Below, in pieces: positions 36,742 through 50,861 of a stretch of 64,000 bases of DNA. Both the position numbers and the translations under genes were made by a program. Below the pieces are notes generated by a model. That model saw only the letters and a list, made by a program, of their open reading frames with translations, had not been told where the DNA came from and did no database searches. This DNA comes from Takakia lepidozioides (lineage: Eukaryota; Plantae; Bryophyta), in the NCBI GenBank assembly GCA_030704615.1, contig CM060733.1:9486001-9550000 (forward strand), given 5' to 3'. Position 1 is the stretch's first letter; each line of letters begins with the position of its first letter.

Positions 36742-36748
36742 TTTTTTT
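36742..36748 (+). terminator. Pol III oligo-T terminator
   Basis: T7 run 3 nt after the tRNA 3' end. Confidence 0.85.
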
Positions 36749-37907
36749 AACGGCTCTACTTCGGTTGGAATTTTTCAGAATTATGTAGTTATGCAGCACA
36801 CGGCCTTCTAAACTCAGTTGGGTTCATATGGATCAAGGAGCATTTGTATCAATATTGCTTGTCAGATTGTTGTGTGTTGAAGCTTCACGTTAATCATTTC
36901 AATGGATATGGAGGTAGAATGATCAGCTTATGAGTGTCCTCGCTTCAAATTCTATGGCGAAAACGTTTCAAACTTCACAGTAAGAATTTGTGGCATGCAT
37001 TGGCATGTGATGAATCTTCTCTCAGCTGGTCCTTGAAGGCCGAACAGCAATTGACATTGCATGCAGAAGAACACTGGAATACTGTTCTCCGAATCATCTC
37101 ACTGGGAGAAACAAGACAATGGCAAACTGCTTGGTTCAATGCATGAGTGGGTCTTCCCAAACTCTTGGAACTCAGAATTGTGACTGACTTCGATTGGAGA
37201 ACTTATCATTATGTTTGGTACTGTACAAGGCGAGACGTTCAAAGAACAGCGAGATTCTGGCGAACGTACAGCTAGACGTTGTACTAACTAGTTTCCGACT
37301 TGAGGACAATGACATGCTTCTAGATAAAGCAATCATAGACTACATTCTCAGAAGTTGCATCAGACCTCTAAAGACATCGTAAAACTGGGCCACTTCTGTG
37401 AATCCTGCTGAACAATCCAGTGGTAAGACACACAAATGGCACTGGGTCTCCTGGCGCGGACGCAATGCCGAACGCCCAAGGTAGAGGATATCCGGAAGTG
37501 AAGCACCCGGACATTTTGCATGATTAGAGAACGGTGCGATTTATCTCCATTCTATCCATGTTGACAAGATCCCCCTCAAAATGCCGCCCATGCTGCCATG
37601 GCGGGCACCGGAAGGAGGTGAGGTGATAGGCCGCCTCCACAGTGTGGCCAGTCGAGTTTGGGCTGGTAATCTCTGCAAATAGAGACAGGGAAAACTTATT
37701 CATTGTATAGCACACTGTAGATTAACGGCAATGCCAGCCCAAGCCAGTGAAAATAGAGGTGGCCCCATCAGTTCGACACCTCTTATTAATTACGGGAGGC
37801 AGGCAAGATCCCTGTGTTGAATGCAAGAATTGAGAAAGATCTAAGGAAGTCTAAGGTGCGGCAAAGAAAGAGAAATTTTTCGTATCCATGGAGATCATCG
37901 AAACACG

Positions 37908-38765
37908 CTAATACCTGGATGGCTCCCTTCTTCTGGGATTTTGGGGCTGCTTCCCTGTCATCGGTGTAGAGGGACTTTGAGGCGTCCATGCTTGCTCCTT
38001 TGTTTTTGATGCCTGGAGAGTGAAAGGGGCGCACTCCTGTTTTGGTCCGAAAGAACGAACGTCTGAACAAAGCACAATCTGCCTCACGGGCGTTGCCCAA
38101 TCTCCCAACCACGCCAAGTTTTCGCCATCAAATTCGTGTGTAGAAATGGCATCCTCAGATATACAATGCAACTCTGGCCTCCATCGGTCTATACCGCCGT
38201 ACAAGCCAATAAGTTTCAAATAAGATTTTTCCAACTTCGCACCTTGGTATGTCTCTTGAACAGGATAGATGACACTCGACCGCAGACCAATTGATCCTGC
38301 CCTACGAGCAACAGCCTTGTTCTTCTTGAATGACCTCGTAGGAGACGAAAGATATCTCACCGGGGAGTTGAGTGATCCATCTTGGGGGCGGGAAGCTATA
38401 GTCCTACCTGGAGATGCCAAAATGTGGGTTGGTGTGACTGCAGATTTCTGCCCCATATTCTGCTGCTGGCGTGCAAAGCACGGGCATGACCTCGGAGTTG
38501 CCGAACTGAAAGGGAAGAGTCGGGGAAGAGGGAGCAACCAGTAGACACTACCACTGGCGAGCTTCAAGTCCAGAGGAAGCATCGCGGTTCGGTACGTGGG
38601 GAGCGTGTTGGCACTGGGTTGGCAAAGAAAGTGATGGGGATATTTCTGCAGAACCTCTTCCACGGTTGAGGCAGGTGGCAAATACAGCACTTGTCCGTCC
38701 CCATGGACCACTCTCACTGACCGCTCCGCCCCGCACACAGGAAACCAGTTTCTGAGCTTCCCCAT
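37908..38765 (-). CDS. DUF4228/PADRE family protein, intronless, 285 aa
   Basis: MG start; VRVVHGDGQV..TVEEVLQKYPHHFLC..LASGSVYWLLPL; C-terminal WRPELHCISE motif. Confidence 0.85.
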   Translation of the reverse strand: MGKLRNWFPVCGAERSVRVVHGDGQVLYLPPASTVEEVLQKYPHHFLCQPSANTLPTYRTAMLPLDLKLASGSVYWLLPLPRLFPFSSATPRSCPCFARQQQNMGQKSAVTPTHILASPGRTIASRPQDGSLNSPVRYLSSPTRSFKKNKAVARRAGSIGLRSSVIYPVQETYQGAKLEKSYLKLIGLYGGIDRWRPELHCISEDAISTHEFDGENLAWLGDWATPVRQIVLCSDVRSFGPKQECAPFTLQASKTKEQAWTPQSPSTPMTGKQPQNPRRREPSRY

Positions 38766-41730
38766 CAGCCTGCACGAAAAGACAGATTTCCTTTTCCCAC
38801 TCTTCTAGACTATGCACACACACACACCCACCCACCCAAACTCAACCCAAATTCGACATTCTTCCGATTTCCTTCTCCCTAGTATCCATCCTTACAGTCG
38901 AATCCACTGCTTCTGGTTACACCGGATACGGAGTAACCTCTGGCATGATCAGCACAATTCCGCACGAACTACAAATTCAGAGAATTGTCGCCTGGTAAGG
39001 CCGAAACAGTCAGCAACGATCCAAGACCCACGCTAGATGCGACTGGACACACAGAGCAGCATCCCCCATTCTGAGTACGAGAGAACAGTCCCCGGAGTCT
39101 GCGTGCTTAAACCCTGTAATGATGACCACAAAGCTAATCAAAACATTGTCTGACAGACCAACACTCGCTTGACCTAAACTCACAAGCGCTGGAGAAAGAG
39201 AGAGAGATGAATGTGGGTGATGGCAACCCCCATCGCTTCTCCCCAACGCACACCTCCAAACCAGACTATCGCACGTCGTCTCTTCAACGAGTCTTTATCG
39301 CTCACTTTTCATCTTTATCTTCGGGGTGGGGACTACGCGTCAACTTGCCTTCTTATATCATGGGTTGTTCCCATCAAACTTGTTGGGAACATGTAGATTA
39401 TTTTAAACATTAATCCTGTATACTATTATTAGCAGTAAGACCACTTCATGGATACTAAATTAATAAAATAACGACAGGGACCACGTGTATACGTATTACA
39501 TTTCACAGAAACGTTTCACATACGTTCGTTTTTCACATTCTGTCCGTAACTCTATGCAGTATAATAAGACGGTCCCACAGATTTGGCTCCTCCCACAGTG
39601 TGGGGTTTTCTGACCTTCCCAAACTCCCCAAATGAATTGGGGTACATAGACACAACTTACTAAGTAAACTTTATTTACTTTCTACTCCCTAAAGAGAGAC
39701 CACTCATCATCGATACTTTTCTCCCCATGTACATTCCCATTACTAAATACATTAATACCTTACCTGTAAAGACAGCAAATAACCCTTTGCATAGAGGGCT
39801 TCACATATATTTAGAATTTCATCCATCTTACCGTAACTTAGTAGTTCCATTATATTGGCACTTCCATGGAGGCTTTGTTCGAACTATATGGCATATTGAA
39901 GTTATACCAAAAATCCATTATGAATGTCACTGTGAAGTTTATAAGATGACAACGAATCGTAGTTATTTGCAGGGATCAATAATTTTATGGTATCATATAA
40001 GTGGAATATTCTTATTTTGTCTCCAATTAGTTTTTAAACTACAACTATATGTTCAACCTAAGCTGAATCCACCATGATAGACACAATTCTTCATTCTGAA
40101 AACATTCATGAATGTTTATCATATCAAACTTCAATTCACCAAATCACCTACCACTATCTAGTTCATAACCTGATCATATTCGGACAACCTAATGCCCACC
40201 CAACAGCCGACTAGATCGGATTATACGACACCGTGACCTTGGTTAGTGAGTGTTTAAGTTGTGGCTAACCCACAACTTGTTCAGCCATTTGTAGTTAGTT
40301 AAGCATTCACACAGCCAACATTAAGCAATGGAGTACATTCTACATTCCAGTTTTTCACTGAAGTAAGAAAACTCCAGTAAGTTTGTTGGATCTTAATATT
40401 TTCATTTGGTTCCTTGTATAATTATTTACCTAATGACATGGCAGATATGGTCCAAGTGGAAGCAGCAATGGGACTGACCCCTACCAGGTCTACATTTGTC
40501 CAACAAGGAAGGGGTCGGCCGGTTGGATGGAGGGCCCACAGAGTTGACAGTAAGCCTGGCCAGCCCACATGTCGCCACGCAGCAGCTAGCGGGCAAAACC
40601 GGTGGTGGTCCGTATCTGCGGTCCGGCCGCCGTAGCATGAAGGCCACCCGTAGCCGGCCCGTATGCGGTATGCGGCCCATGGACGGGGTCCCACCGGGTG
40701 GGCCCCAAAAGGTACAGGGTGATGGGTCAAGTGTCTAGTGTCTTATGAGGTGACCGGTCATAGGTGCTATAACGGTCATAGGGTGTTTTACCCTAGTGTC
40801 TACCCGAGCAGGCAACTTTGTAATTGGTGAGCCAAAATATGGTTTCTACCTTTCCTACCACATCATTATGATTATGTCAGCCAAACACTTGGCAAAAATA
40901 AAAAATAAGAATACTATGTTATAAAAAATGTAAAATAAAACAAGATCCCCAATAAATCTGTATAATCTGCCAAAATCAACAGTGAAATGTCTTCAATTTT
41001 GGTGAAGGGATGAAGCTGTTTGGTAGGTACCACCCGTGTAAGGTTCAATTTTGTGGATGAGTGGGTAGCCGAACTTTACTTTACGGGGAAGGGTAGTGAT
41101 TTTTAGGCATTTAAAAATGACATATATCGTTCGGCAATTACTACCAACCTGGATTGGATGGGTGCATGAATTGTAGCTTTCTTTAATGAATGAATCAGCT
41201 TCCTGCCGTCTTTTTTCGGACCCTTCATTTCGTTAACTAATAGAGGTGGCCTTATTACATTGGCCCCTTCTTTTAACTCTTGGACCACGCTAATTCCTGG
41301 ACCACTCTACAATTAACCCGCCCGAATGAAACTGCTTTACATATTAGAGGTCTGGTCTCCTCCACCCTTCCCTTTGGGTCAGCCCAGTCCTGTAGCAGAA
41401 TTGAAAGGGGGTTGAAATGGGCGGCAGTGACATCGAAGTACTTAGCTAGTGACATGGAAATACCTGGCTAGGATTTTCAAAGAGAGAGGGTATGTGAGCA
41501 AAGACAAGCACAAGCGAAGCACCAAGTCCCCTTTCCCGGGGTGTCGTGTTGGTAAGTAAGTTAGGTAAAGGTACGTTCACGATACGTCAATGCGTGTTTG
41601 CTTACACTGTGGGTTTTGTGGTTGCGTGGTTGTGCTCGTCAATTGAGCTGTCATTCATTCTATCAGAAAAATAAGGAAAAAAACAGAGAGAGAAAAAACT
41701 AAAGGTTAAGGTGTTGTGGGTACATCCCAC

Positions 41731-42524
41731 CACCCTTGAGTTAACCGCCACTTACACCAGATTCTGTGAGAGCATGAACTTTGTAATTGAATACTCCATA
41801 CCTACAACTTGTTAACCCATTTGTAGTCAGTTAGGCACCACCGGCCAAATTACTAAATTATGAATTCATTCCTTGGAAGTTCAGTTACATTGTGTTTGCA
41901 GAAAAACGTTGGGCGGTTCTTAGTTTTTTTAATATCCACAGGGTCCGGATGATATATCCTGTGGATCCGGATATTAGAATAATTTGCTTTTCTAATATCC
42001 GCTGGTTATGCATAGTGGAAGTTTTTAAAAATCTGCCGGATATAAATAAGTCCGGATATTTAGATTTTAATATCCAGCGGTTATAGAGTAATCCGGATAT
42101 AAATAATCATGAAATATAATTATTATTTTTAAACAGAGGGATTGTAGCCCTGATTTAACTTTATTGAGATTTACTCGCAATTTTTTATTTTTTAATCAAA
42201 TTAAATTATTAAAATTCTAATAAAATATTAATATTTTCTTTTATTTTCTTTTATCCGGTTGAGATCCGGTATTTTGGCTACATATCCGGATACAATCCGG
42301 TTATTAAACCTTTTTATATCCGCTCCTATCCGGATCCTCCGTTTTATGTATCCGCCAGATATAAATAATAGCCGGATATCAAATAGTTGCCGGATCTGGA
42401 TCCGGATACATTGATATCCCGCCCAAAACTGGGTCCAGGTAAACAAGTTGTCCGTTAGCCACATATATACTATCCAAGTGTCCGATAATCTGATCTGCGA
42501 TAAGTGGCGGTTAACTCAAGGGTG
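41731..42524. mobile_element. MITE with perfect 24-bp TIRs, containing a nested ATCCGG-rich MITE
   Basis: CACCCTTGAGTTAACCGCCACTTA at 41731-41754 and its reverse complement at 42501-42524; TSD not evident. Confidence 0.85.
41908..42431. mobile_element. hAT-like MITE with ATCCGG/CCGGAT subrepeats
   Basis: GTTGGGCGG at left and CCGCCCAAAACTG at right; many ATCCGG motifs; related end at 59300-59392. Confidence 0.7.
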
Positions 42525-45500
42525 TTAAGGCAAACCGTCCAGCAAAATGCCCCCGTTTTACCCATGTCCAAAAACATGCTCAGACCTGCAAAACTTTGAC
42601 CCTGGAATCATGTTCCTCACCACATCCTCTGTCTTCTCCAAAGTTTCTAGAGTTTTCTCTTCAGATTTCGGTATACTGAGTCCTTTGAGATGATCTGGAA
42701 GGGCGGGCCCGGGTCCAAAACTACATTTTCTACACGACATTCTTTGGAGAAAAAATGGCCGCACCCAAACCCAATTTGCCAAATTCGGGCCTGACACACA
42801 ACTCCGTACGTATCTGCCACCCAACAACGATCCAGCATACCGTACCTGACCCCTATATACTGGGGCCCACTCTGAACATTTCACAAAACTTGACCAGAAA
42901 CTACAAGATCCAAGTCAAACCTGAATAAGTATTACTCTGGACATTAAACAAAATTTTACTTTACTTTACTTTACTCTTTAGGAGTAACACAAAATGACAC
43001 AAACCTACAGTAACACTACGATAGATAAAGAGGTTTAGGGATTAAAGATTTATGTATGCAACATCAGTCCCATGGCTGACCGTACATAAAAATACTGCAT
43101 AAAGACTCCGGTAATACGAAGAATTGTTTTGTATAGAGGAAGGGCCTTCCTCTGAATAAAGAAATAAAATGGTTTCTTTTTCTTTTCATCCTGGGAGGTG
43201 TGCATTACACAGAGTGTAATCCGCACTATGCGTTACACTTTTTTGTATTGCCCTCGTACTCACGACTGGCTATTACACTGTATAACAAAATGATATTAAC
43301 GAATAGAAATCAGCCCCAGTTTCTTATGGAATGATTGGAACCTGCTAACCAAAGCCATTGTGTTGTTGGGTTGCTGAGTTATTGGATGAACGAATATGAG
43401 ATAGGAATGAAAAATCCGATATCCAAGAGCATTTAAAAGAGGGATTAAATTTCTTATAACCCAACATGTACCACTTTTGAAAAATTTGCTAAAAACAAAA
43501 ACAGTTATAGAGATAACATCTATTCAGGTTTGACTCTGACTTGTTGCAGATAAAGCCTATCCAGGTTTGACTTTGACTTGTTGGGGATACGCCTACCAGG
43601 TTTGACCTCATAGATTGTTACTTGCCAGCGTCCGGGAAATAATTTCAGTTGAAGCAGCCAGTAGCCGCTCATTCCCAGCAGCAATCGGCTAAGTGGGTTG
43701 GGCAGTCGGTTGCTGCCCCTTAGTGGTAACTATACCCGGTCAATTTCCGAGATAATTTCTTTACAACCGGTAATATTCCTAATGATTTATTTTGTGTTCA
43801 GCTATAAATCCGGCCCTTATAAATATCAACCTGTTGACAACACAAGTGTCAAATGCACAACAATAAGTAAATAATAATAATAATAAATAATCACAACCAG
43901 TTTTAAGCAATTCAAACAAGTGAAGAACATTGTATCCTTATAGAAGTTGGACCTGTCAATGCCTTCAAACCACATGGAGGCCAAGAATTGAACCCGCGAG
44001 GACAGGTGAGCTGTGATAGCAGGCAGCGAGTGCAAGCAGGCGTGGGCTGGGGCTGCCAGAGCAACGTCCAAACTTAGTAGGGTTTGCCCGCGGGCCCGCT
44101 GAGTTCAATATTTTTTCACCTAAACGCCCTTCCTTGGATGTAACCCGGCCTGGCACGTTGGATTTATGCCATGTGGTGGACTTCGACGGCCATTTCCATT
44201 TTTTGTAATATAAGAAGGGCCGGAATCCGTCCAGGCCTTGCCAACTAAGGCAGATTTCCTGTCTGTAATGAAATGGAAAGGCAAATATCCTTCCTAAAAG
44301 TAGGGCACCCGGTTGATTTCCACTTCGGCCATTTTTTCCCTCGGATCCATTTCCTGAGGTTTCATATTTCATTCGGAAATTCTGGAATTCAGTAGGCTAG
44401 CATGTAACTGGCTGCCGGTTCTCCCCGGACGTTGTTACTTGCTATCAAAACTGTTTTTCGGGATGGATTTTATGGAATTTCTCGCTGCTTTAATACTTGT
44501 TTTTGCAGCAAGAGTCTTGGAGGATAAAGTACACCTAACCATGTCATCAAATATCATCCAACGTGGATGAAATACTGAGGATCTAATCACATGAAATGAA
44601 TTTTGTTTTTCTGGAAGAGGAAGGATTTCTTGGATGAAAAATCCCTGCTGTCAGATGTTTCCAGACATCCATTTATTCCATTTGGAGGCCGTTTCCAAGG
44701 TCAGATCGGGGCTGCCTGACCTGTTTTGCCAAAACATGCCTACCGCCACATGTGGCCCGCGGTATTGAGGGGCCACGCTCCCCACCCCCTGCCTGGCGGG
44801 CCCCATGACCGACACAATCAGCCAGTGCGGGGCTGTCACGCCGCGCTGGCCCTTTGAATTGGGCGGATCCGACAGCGAGGTGCCCTAAAACAGTTCTGGG
44901 GCACGTATGCAGATGGCCACCAGCCGGCTCCCTGCTTATAGAATTCATACCTAACTTAAGTTAAATAACAAATCTTCTTCGGACACTCTGCTGGCAGCGT
45001 GACGAGGATTGTTGGAAAGCTGGAAGTCAGGGCTAACTTACATTCTATCTTCCATCACAGGAGTAGGTTAAGCACAGACAGCACAGGGTAAAATTAAACA
45101 AACAGGTGCGAGTCCGACTTGGAGACTCTGGGAGATGTTCTCTATGTAGGATCTCTACAATATTTTACTTTCCCTCTTTGTTGGGAGATTGCAACTCGGG
45201 AATGTGCCCAGTGAAGCACCTTCATTCTCGCCGTCCAAATGCAAATAGTATACATTGTGTGTGTCAGCTAGCTATCCCACTCATACCAGGGCCACACGTG
45301 CCATATACGTCCCTGGAACACAGCTCTCAAAACGCGGGGCTTCTGCGTTGTCAGACCGTCTCTAGATTGGCCCCCCCCCTCCGGGCAACCCAATTTTCCA
45401 ACGCTAAGAGAACTACGTTATGTGGCCTAACATACGTTCTGGGAAGCTGGTACCATATCATAGAGCTCCACGCGTCCGGCATCATTTTCACGTGTGTTAT

Positions 45501-47999
45501 GTGCCGTTGGATTACACACCATCTCAATCATTCATGGTTTGCCACCTGTTCAACGGTGTCGTTGCATCCTATTCATTCAAAGTGGGGTATCTGGGAATTG
45601 AATCTCTCCTCGACGTATTTGGTTCTGGGAGTGGATTGTAGAGCATAATGGGCTTGGAATCCTCATATTACAGCCAGCCAGCCTCGCTTTTGAAATGGAA
45701 AAAATTGTGCGGCATCCACCATGTAGGATCTCCCTCTCAGATCGGTGAAACCCCTCCGCGCTCAAGCAACATCATCCCTTCCGCGCACTGCAAGACACCT
45801 CTCCCCGGTATTTCCGGGCAATTCCAAAAAGCTGACGATGTTGATGTGGCATGATGATGACGACGACGTGGTGACAATGACGTGGATGACAGCCTATGTG
45901 GCCACACACAGCCGCTGTCCAACAACGTTGCGGGGCCTGCGCTCAAGAACTGGGCGTCCACCTTGTTGGGCCTGCACCTTGTGTGGCGGGGGCATCAAAG
46001 TCAGATGCTGACCGGCAATCGATCAGAATGAGGCAAGTTGTGCCAGCCGCCCTCCTACTTAAAGTTTGAACTATTTTTATGTATAGGTAATGCCCTGAGT
46101 GGAGGGCATTCCTGGATTTAAGGGCCTGATGTGGGCTGGTAGCCCACGTGGAAGGCCCAAAAATCCGGGAATGCCCCACACAAGGGGCGTTACCCTGCGT
46201 AAAGAAATGCCAATTTTTTTTTTAAAAAAATCTAATGGCCGGTGCATTCTACATTTTGGAATGCACTGGATGGAGCTGATAAGGTGGACTGCACCCTGAT
46301 GAATTCTGCTTTTTAACGACATGGTAAATACAAACAAATTTTTTTGGCAATGCTTTACGATGTTTTCTTCAGGGAACAAGTCATTGTTGTTCTTGTTGTT
46401 TGTTGGCTCTGTCCCTTCAGGGCAGAGACTTTGCATCATGTTGAAGTCAATGGAGAAAATATGGTCAACGGACCCTACACCGTGTCAAGAATATGATTGG
46501 TCTAAAGCAGCTCTTAAGTATAAACCACGTGGCAGCTTGTTGCTTCAATGGACAGAGCCTCTCGCGGTTTGCGGTTTGTTGTTGTTGCTGCCGTCGTGCG
46601 AGCTCATGGACTTAGAAACCGATGAAGTCTACAGCTATGCTAGACAGCGTACGTCCTCACAGGAATCCTGCAATCACGACGGTTACGCCCACACATGTAG
46701 GGCGTAGCATAGCTGCTGATGCACGTCAAGGCCGCTGTCGTGCTCGCAAGCCCGGGCAACACAGACACCTGAGATGCTTGAAGCCCGCATTCTAGGGTTT
46801 GAGAGCCAGCAATCGGACTGAAGGGGCGGGGGCATGTACACCTGGCAAGCACCGATTATTCAACCATGGGTCGCGTGGCGTTCTTTTATTCGTTTCTGAG
46901 GAAGTTCACAAATAGGTGTCCAGAAATTGCCACCTGTCCTTGATTTTTCGTCCCACCATTCATCCATTAGGGTTGGTATGGCTGGCGGTTCCTGCACTCT
47001 TCTACACCAAAGGGATTGATCTCCAGACTACTTTTTGGTCCTGGACAGGAGGTCACGCACCGATTGCTCCATCTACACATCTCTCATTCCATTTCTTCAG
47101 CAGCATCAACCTCACTGTTGTCGCCCAACTGCACCAACCATGAACTCTTTACAGCTTCTCATACCCTCTTCACACCCACATGTTCATATGGGCACCAGAT
47201 CCACACTACCCACATACCAGAAGAAGCTACTTGGAGGGAGAACAGGTTATTTCAGGAGAAGACCAGAACATCTACGTTACCAGGAACAATTCTGTCTGCC
47301 AGGAATGGGTGAAGCTTTGTTGGCTCTCTTGCAGAGAGAGACTTTGCAACATGTTCAAGTCAAGGGAGAAAATATGGTCACAGGACCTTACACCATGTCA
47401 AGGCTCCGATTGGTGTGTTGTGCTGAGTCATGCCCCTTACTCTCTTCACCTTCCTCTTCTGTTTTGCCAAAGCAAGAGAACCCATAGCCGTTTTAGGCTT
47501 GTTAACTAAAACTGGGCTATAAAATCCCTATAACCTCATTTCACTATTCTTTTTAGACATCCCAACAAAGAGCTCGAGGAATTCCCAGCTAGAAAAAAAT
47601 AAAAAAATAAAGAAAACCCCAACAAAATCCAAAGCTTAGTTGCATTGATGAACTCCGTACGAACTCTGCTTGTCTTATTATGGTGGAATTTCTGTGGTGG
47701 GAAGTGTGAACGCCACACACATGAGACCAGGGACAAGCTGCTCAGGGAAAACCCAATACAAGCATCACGTCTGTTTGACATGCCATCGGTTTTTGGTACC
47801 ATTTGCACTTCACTTCAGAGGATCTCCAAATGTGATACTAGGAAGTGAAGCTTATACAGTCTAATGATGCCCCAAGTTGGACATTTGGAAACAAACGTGG
47901 ACGTTCGGAACCTTTTACAAAACATTTACACAAAAGTCATGTTCTTCCATGCTGGCGTGCGGAAAAAATGGCCTCCATCAAGTTCAAGAACTAGTGCGA

Positions 48000-50100
48000 G
48001 CAAGAAGGTGGTCCACCACAATTTAATGGAGACAAACAAGGTACAGCAAGAGCTCATGCGCCAGCGTGCTTCAGCATGCCGTTTGTCCTGGCCGATCAAC
48101 TGGAGACGTGCAACAGTAGTCGAAATTAGCGATCAAAATGAGCTTTCCTCTTTCGAAACTAACCACGTCCTGAATGATTTTACAAAGCAATGGAGACACC
48201 ATTCAAACTAAAAACATTGGAGAGAGGATTAAAGTGACCGACAAACTTTTTGAGTCAGCTGAATAGGTCACTTCAAACCCGTCGGCCTGCAGCAGCATCG
48301 GTGCCTGTTTGTCCACATACATGAAACAGTTATCGCCATTTAGAAATGCAATTACAGTCGAAATTAGCGATCAAAATGAGCTTGTCTCTTTCTAACGACG
48401 TGATTAGACAGTCCTGTTCAAATGATTTCTCAAAGACATGAAGACACTGAAAAACATTGGAAGAGGATTAAATTCAATGAGAACATTACATCAGCTGAAC
48501 AGACTTCAAACCCATCGGCCTTATATGGTTTAGTCTACTTACATAAAACAATTATCCCCAAATGTTTAGAAATTTCGATTGCATCATCAGCCCAGCTGAC
48601 GTCCCCTTCCCCGGCTGTGCAACACAGATCACTAGATCTGATTATCTACGCATACTTTACGATCTATCTTCCAATACTTCTGGATTTGCACTCTTCTCTA
48701 TCACACAGGCACACACAATGCTAATTAATGCCCCAGCGGATCTATGTCATGCACACATCAGATCCCTTGCTTGAACGTCTATCCTCCTAAGCAACTACAC
48801 ACATGGCTCCCGCCGCGAAGAATACCTTTAAAGCATAAGAACAGCTCCGCGTTTGTTGAGTCAGAATCCTGTAACGTGCTCTTGCCACTGCTTTGTAGCC
48901 CCACTACACTAAACTCAAACACTGTGGCCTTATGTCTCAAAGACTCATGCAGAGCTTTGTCTAGCTCCACACCAAGATCGTGTCCACCCAAAATTTGCAA
49001 AATATTTCTGCATCTGCATCAAGAATTTCCAAGGGAAAGCCATCTAACAAGTGGATGGCGGCCAATTTTGGCAGGTGTCTTTGCTTGATTGGATCTGCAA
49101 CAAAGATGTGGCACAGCTCTCGCCAAAGATGCTCCAAGCCAAGGATTTTTCCAACATCCCCTGCTTTAGCTTCATACAAAATCCCCTGCTTTAGCTTCAT
49201 AGTATTCCTTCTTGCACTCAGAGCTTGTTGGTCGCTCCTGGAAGGCTTGGAACGTCCAAGCATCCACATGCTTCCCAGCCTTCTCAAGCATCATTTGGCT
49301 TCTTTTCTCAATTGAGCTAGCTGCATGACGCCAATCCTCCGCATCACTGGCTCCTCTTCAGAAAGAAGAAGTCCTGAAGAGCTGGATGATTAGGAGAGTT
49401 TCAACGTTTTTGGCATCCTGAGCATGGCTATCTCGCTCTTGTTGAGAGACAAACTGTTTACATTTTGCTCTGTTTGGTTTGCTTTCAACCTTAGTGACTC
49501 AAAATATTGCTCTGCCTCTATTGCATAACTCTTCTGTAGACAAAGCATATCCCCGGCATTCCCCAACTGTTGCATCTACGATGTTCTCGATATCAGTTGG
49601 GATCGATCAAGGGATGCAGGGGCTCAAAGTGATTGAAGCACATGTTCATGAGGCTCGCAACATTCTCTCTGTTAACCTTTTCCATTCTGAAGACTTTATA
49701 TAGATGTATTCGACCATTTTGCCAGCTATGTGGTTGAATGACCCCCATATCATTTCAATGGTACTCCGGTTTATGCCATTCTTTGATAGACTAACGTCCC
49801 AATGGAACTCGTATATGATCAGTCATCCCGGGTGTTAGGACATACATAATTGATGTGGCATCTCCATGCTCCTTACATGCTGTACAATGCATGGCTGAAG
49901 TGGTTTCCCAGCTGATCACCTGGAATCGGCACAAAACCAGTTCCAAGCTCCACAATTAGGCCAACCCGAGTGTCCTTTGAACGCTGACTCACAAAGTCGC
50001 ATGTGACGCACTTTGCAAGCTATAGATCATATGTTTCCATAGTGAATTAGTTCTTGCGATTCTGACCTGTCTTTGAAACAGCCCCACAGTTTATGTAATT
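48000..50100 (-). pseudogene. Very large inducible GTPase (VLIG; GVIN1/URGCP-like) pseudogene
   Basis: ILGLEHLWRELCHIF..LPKLAAIHLLDGFPLEILDADA, then FSVVGLQSSGKSTL (P-loop); upstream GLIVELGTGF; G2/G3 region deleted; many stops. Boundaries approximate. Confidence 0.8.
48115..48520. repeat. Diverged tandem duplication (~240-bp period)
   Basis: agtcgaaattagcgatcaaaatgagctt...aaaacattgga.gaggattaaa...acttcaaacccg/atcggcct at ~48118 and ~48356. Confidence 0.8.
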
Positions 50101-50861
50101 GAGCATTCTTTTGCATAACACCATTTGCCTTTTACAAATCTTGAACCTCCACCACACCCATGGCCGAATACATTGGCAAGCAAGAAGTAATGTTCGCTAA
50201 ACAGCAACCTGCTCTACTCAACAAGAATCAACCCGTCCAAACACTCCCATGTCTAAATCTCGTGTGGATGAGATGAGAAAAGACTTCCTAGGACGGATTG
50301 AGCAGAAGGGAAAGAACAGTGACAAGATATGAAAAAAATTGAAATGAGTAGGATCATATAAGTTACAGAAACCGCCCTACCCTAATTCGTGCGAAGCTAT
50401 CCACCAGAACTTGACCACCAAACAGTCCTCTGAGAAGGTGAAGACAACTGAAATGCAAAAGCTCCTCTATCGAGAGGATAGAAAACAGCTAGTAAGGAAA
50501 ATCCGAAAAACTAACAGAGCTTTGCAGTGGTAAGACAACTGACGCCACTGGTACTATGCGCATACTTTCTTGGATTACGCGCCATGTGTACTCCATGTGC
50601 TTCAGATCCGTCCAGTTCATTGCTACTCCAGGTTCCCTCTCTGCCGCAACCTGTCTTAGCTTTGCAAACTTGTACAAAATAATCAACAAGCACTTCTATT
50701 GGAAGAAGAAGAAGACGAAGGTCAACTCCTGCTGAAATAAGCGGAAGCTGAGGGCAATGTGAAGAGATAATTTAATAGCTAGAATAAGAAGTTGTTTCAC
50801 TTATTTTTGTTATATTATGACAATTTGCTGGTATACTAAAGACTTCATTATTATGTATTAA

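Noticed and set aside
40680-40800. Helitron 3' end (GC hairpin then CTAGT)
   Set aside because: Hairpin-to-CTAG spacing is atypical, and no matching 5' end or RepHel was seen.
45106-46011. ORF cluster as a gene
   Set aside because: No motif could be assigned with confidence; possibly a decayed fragment.
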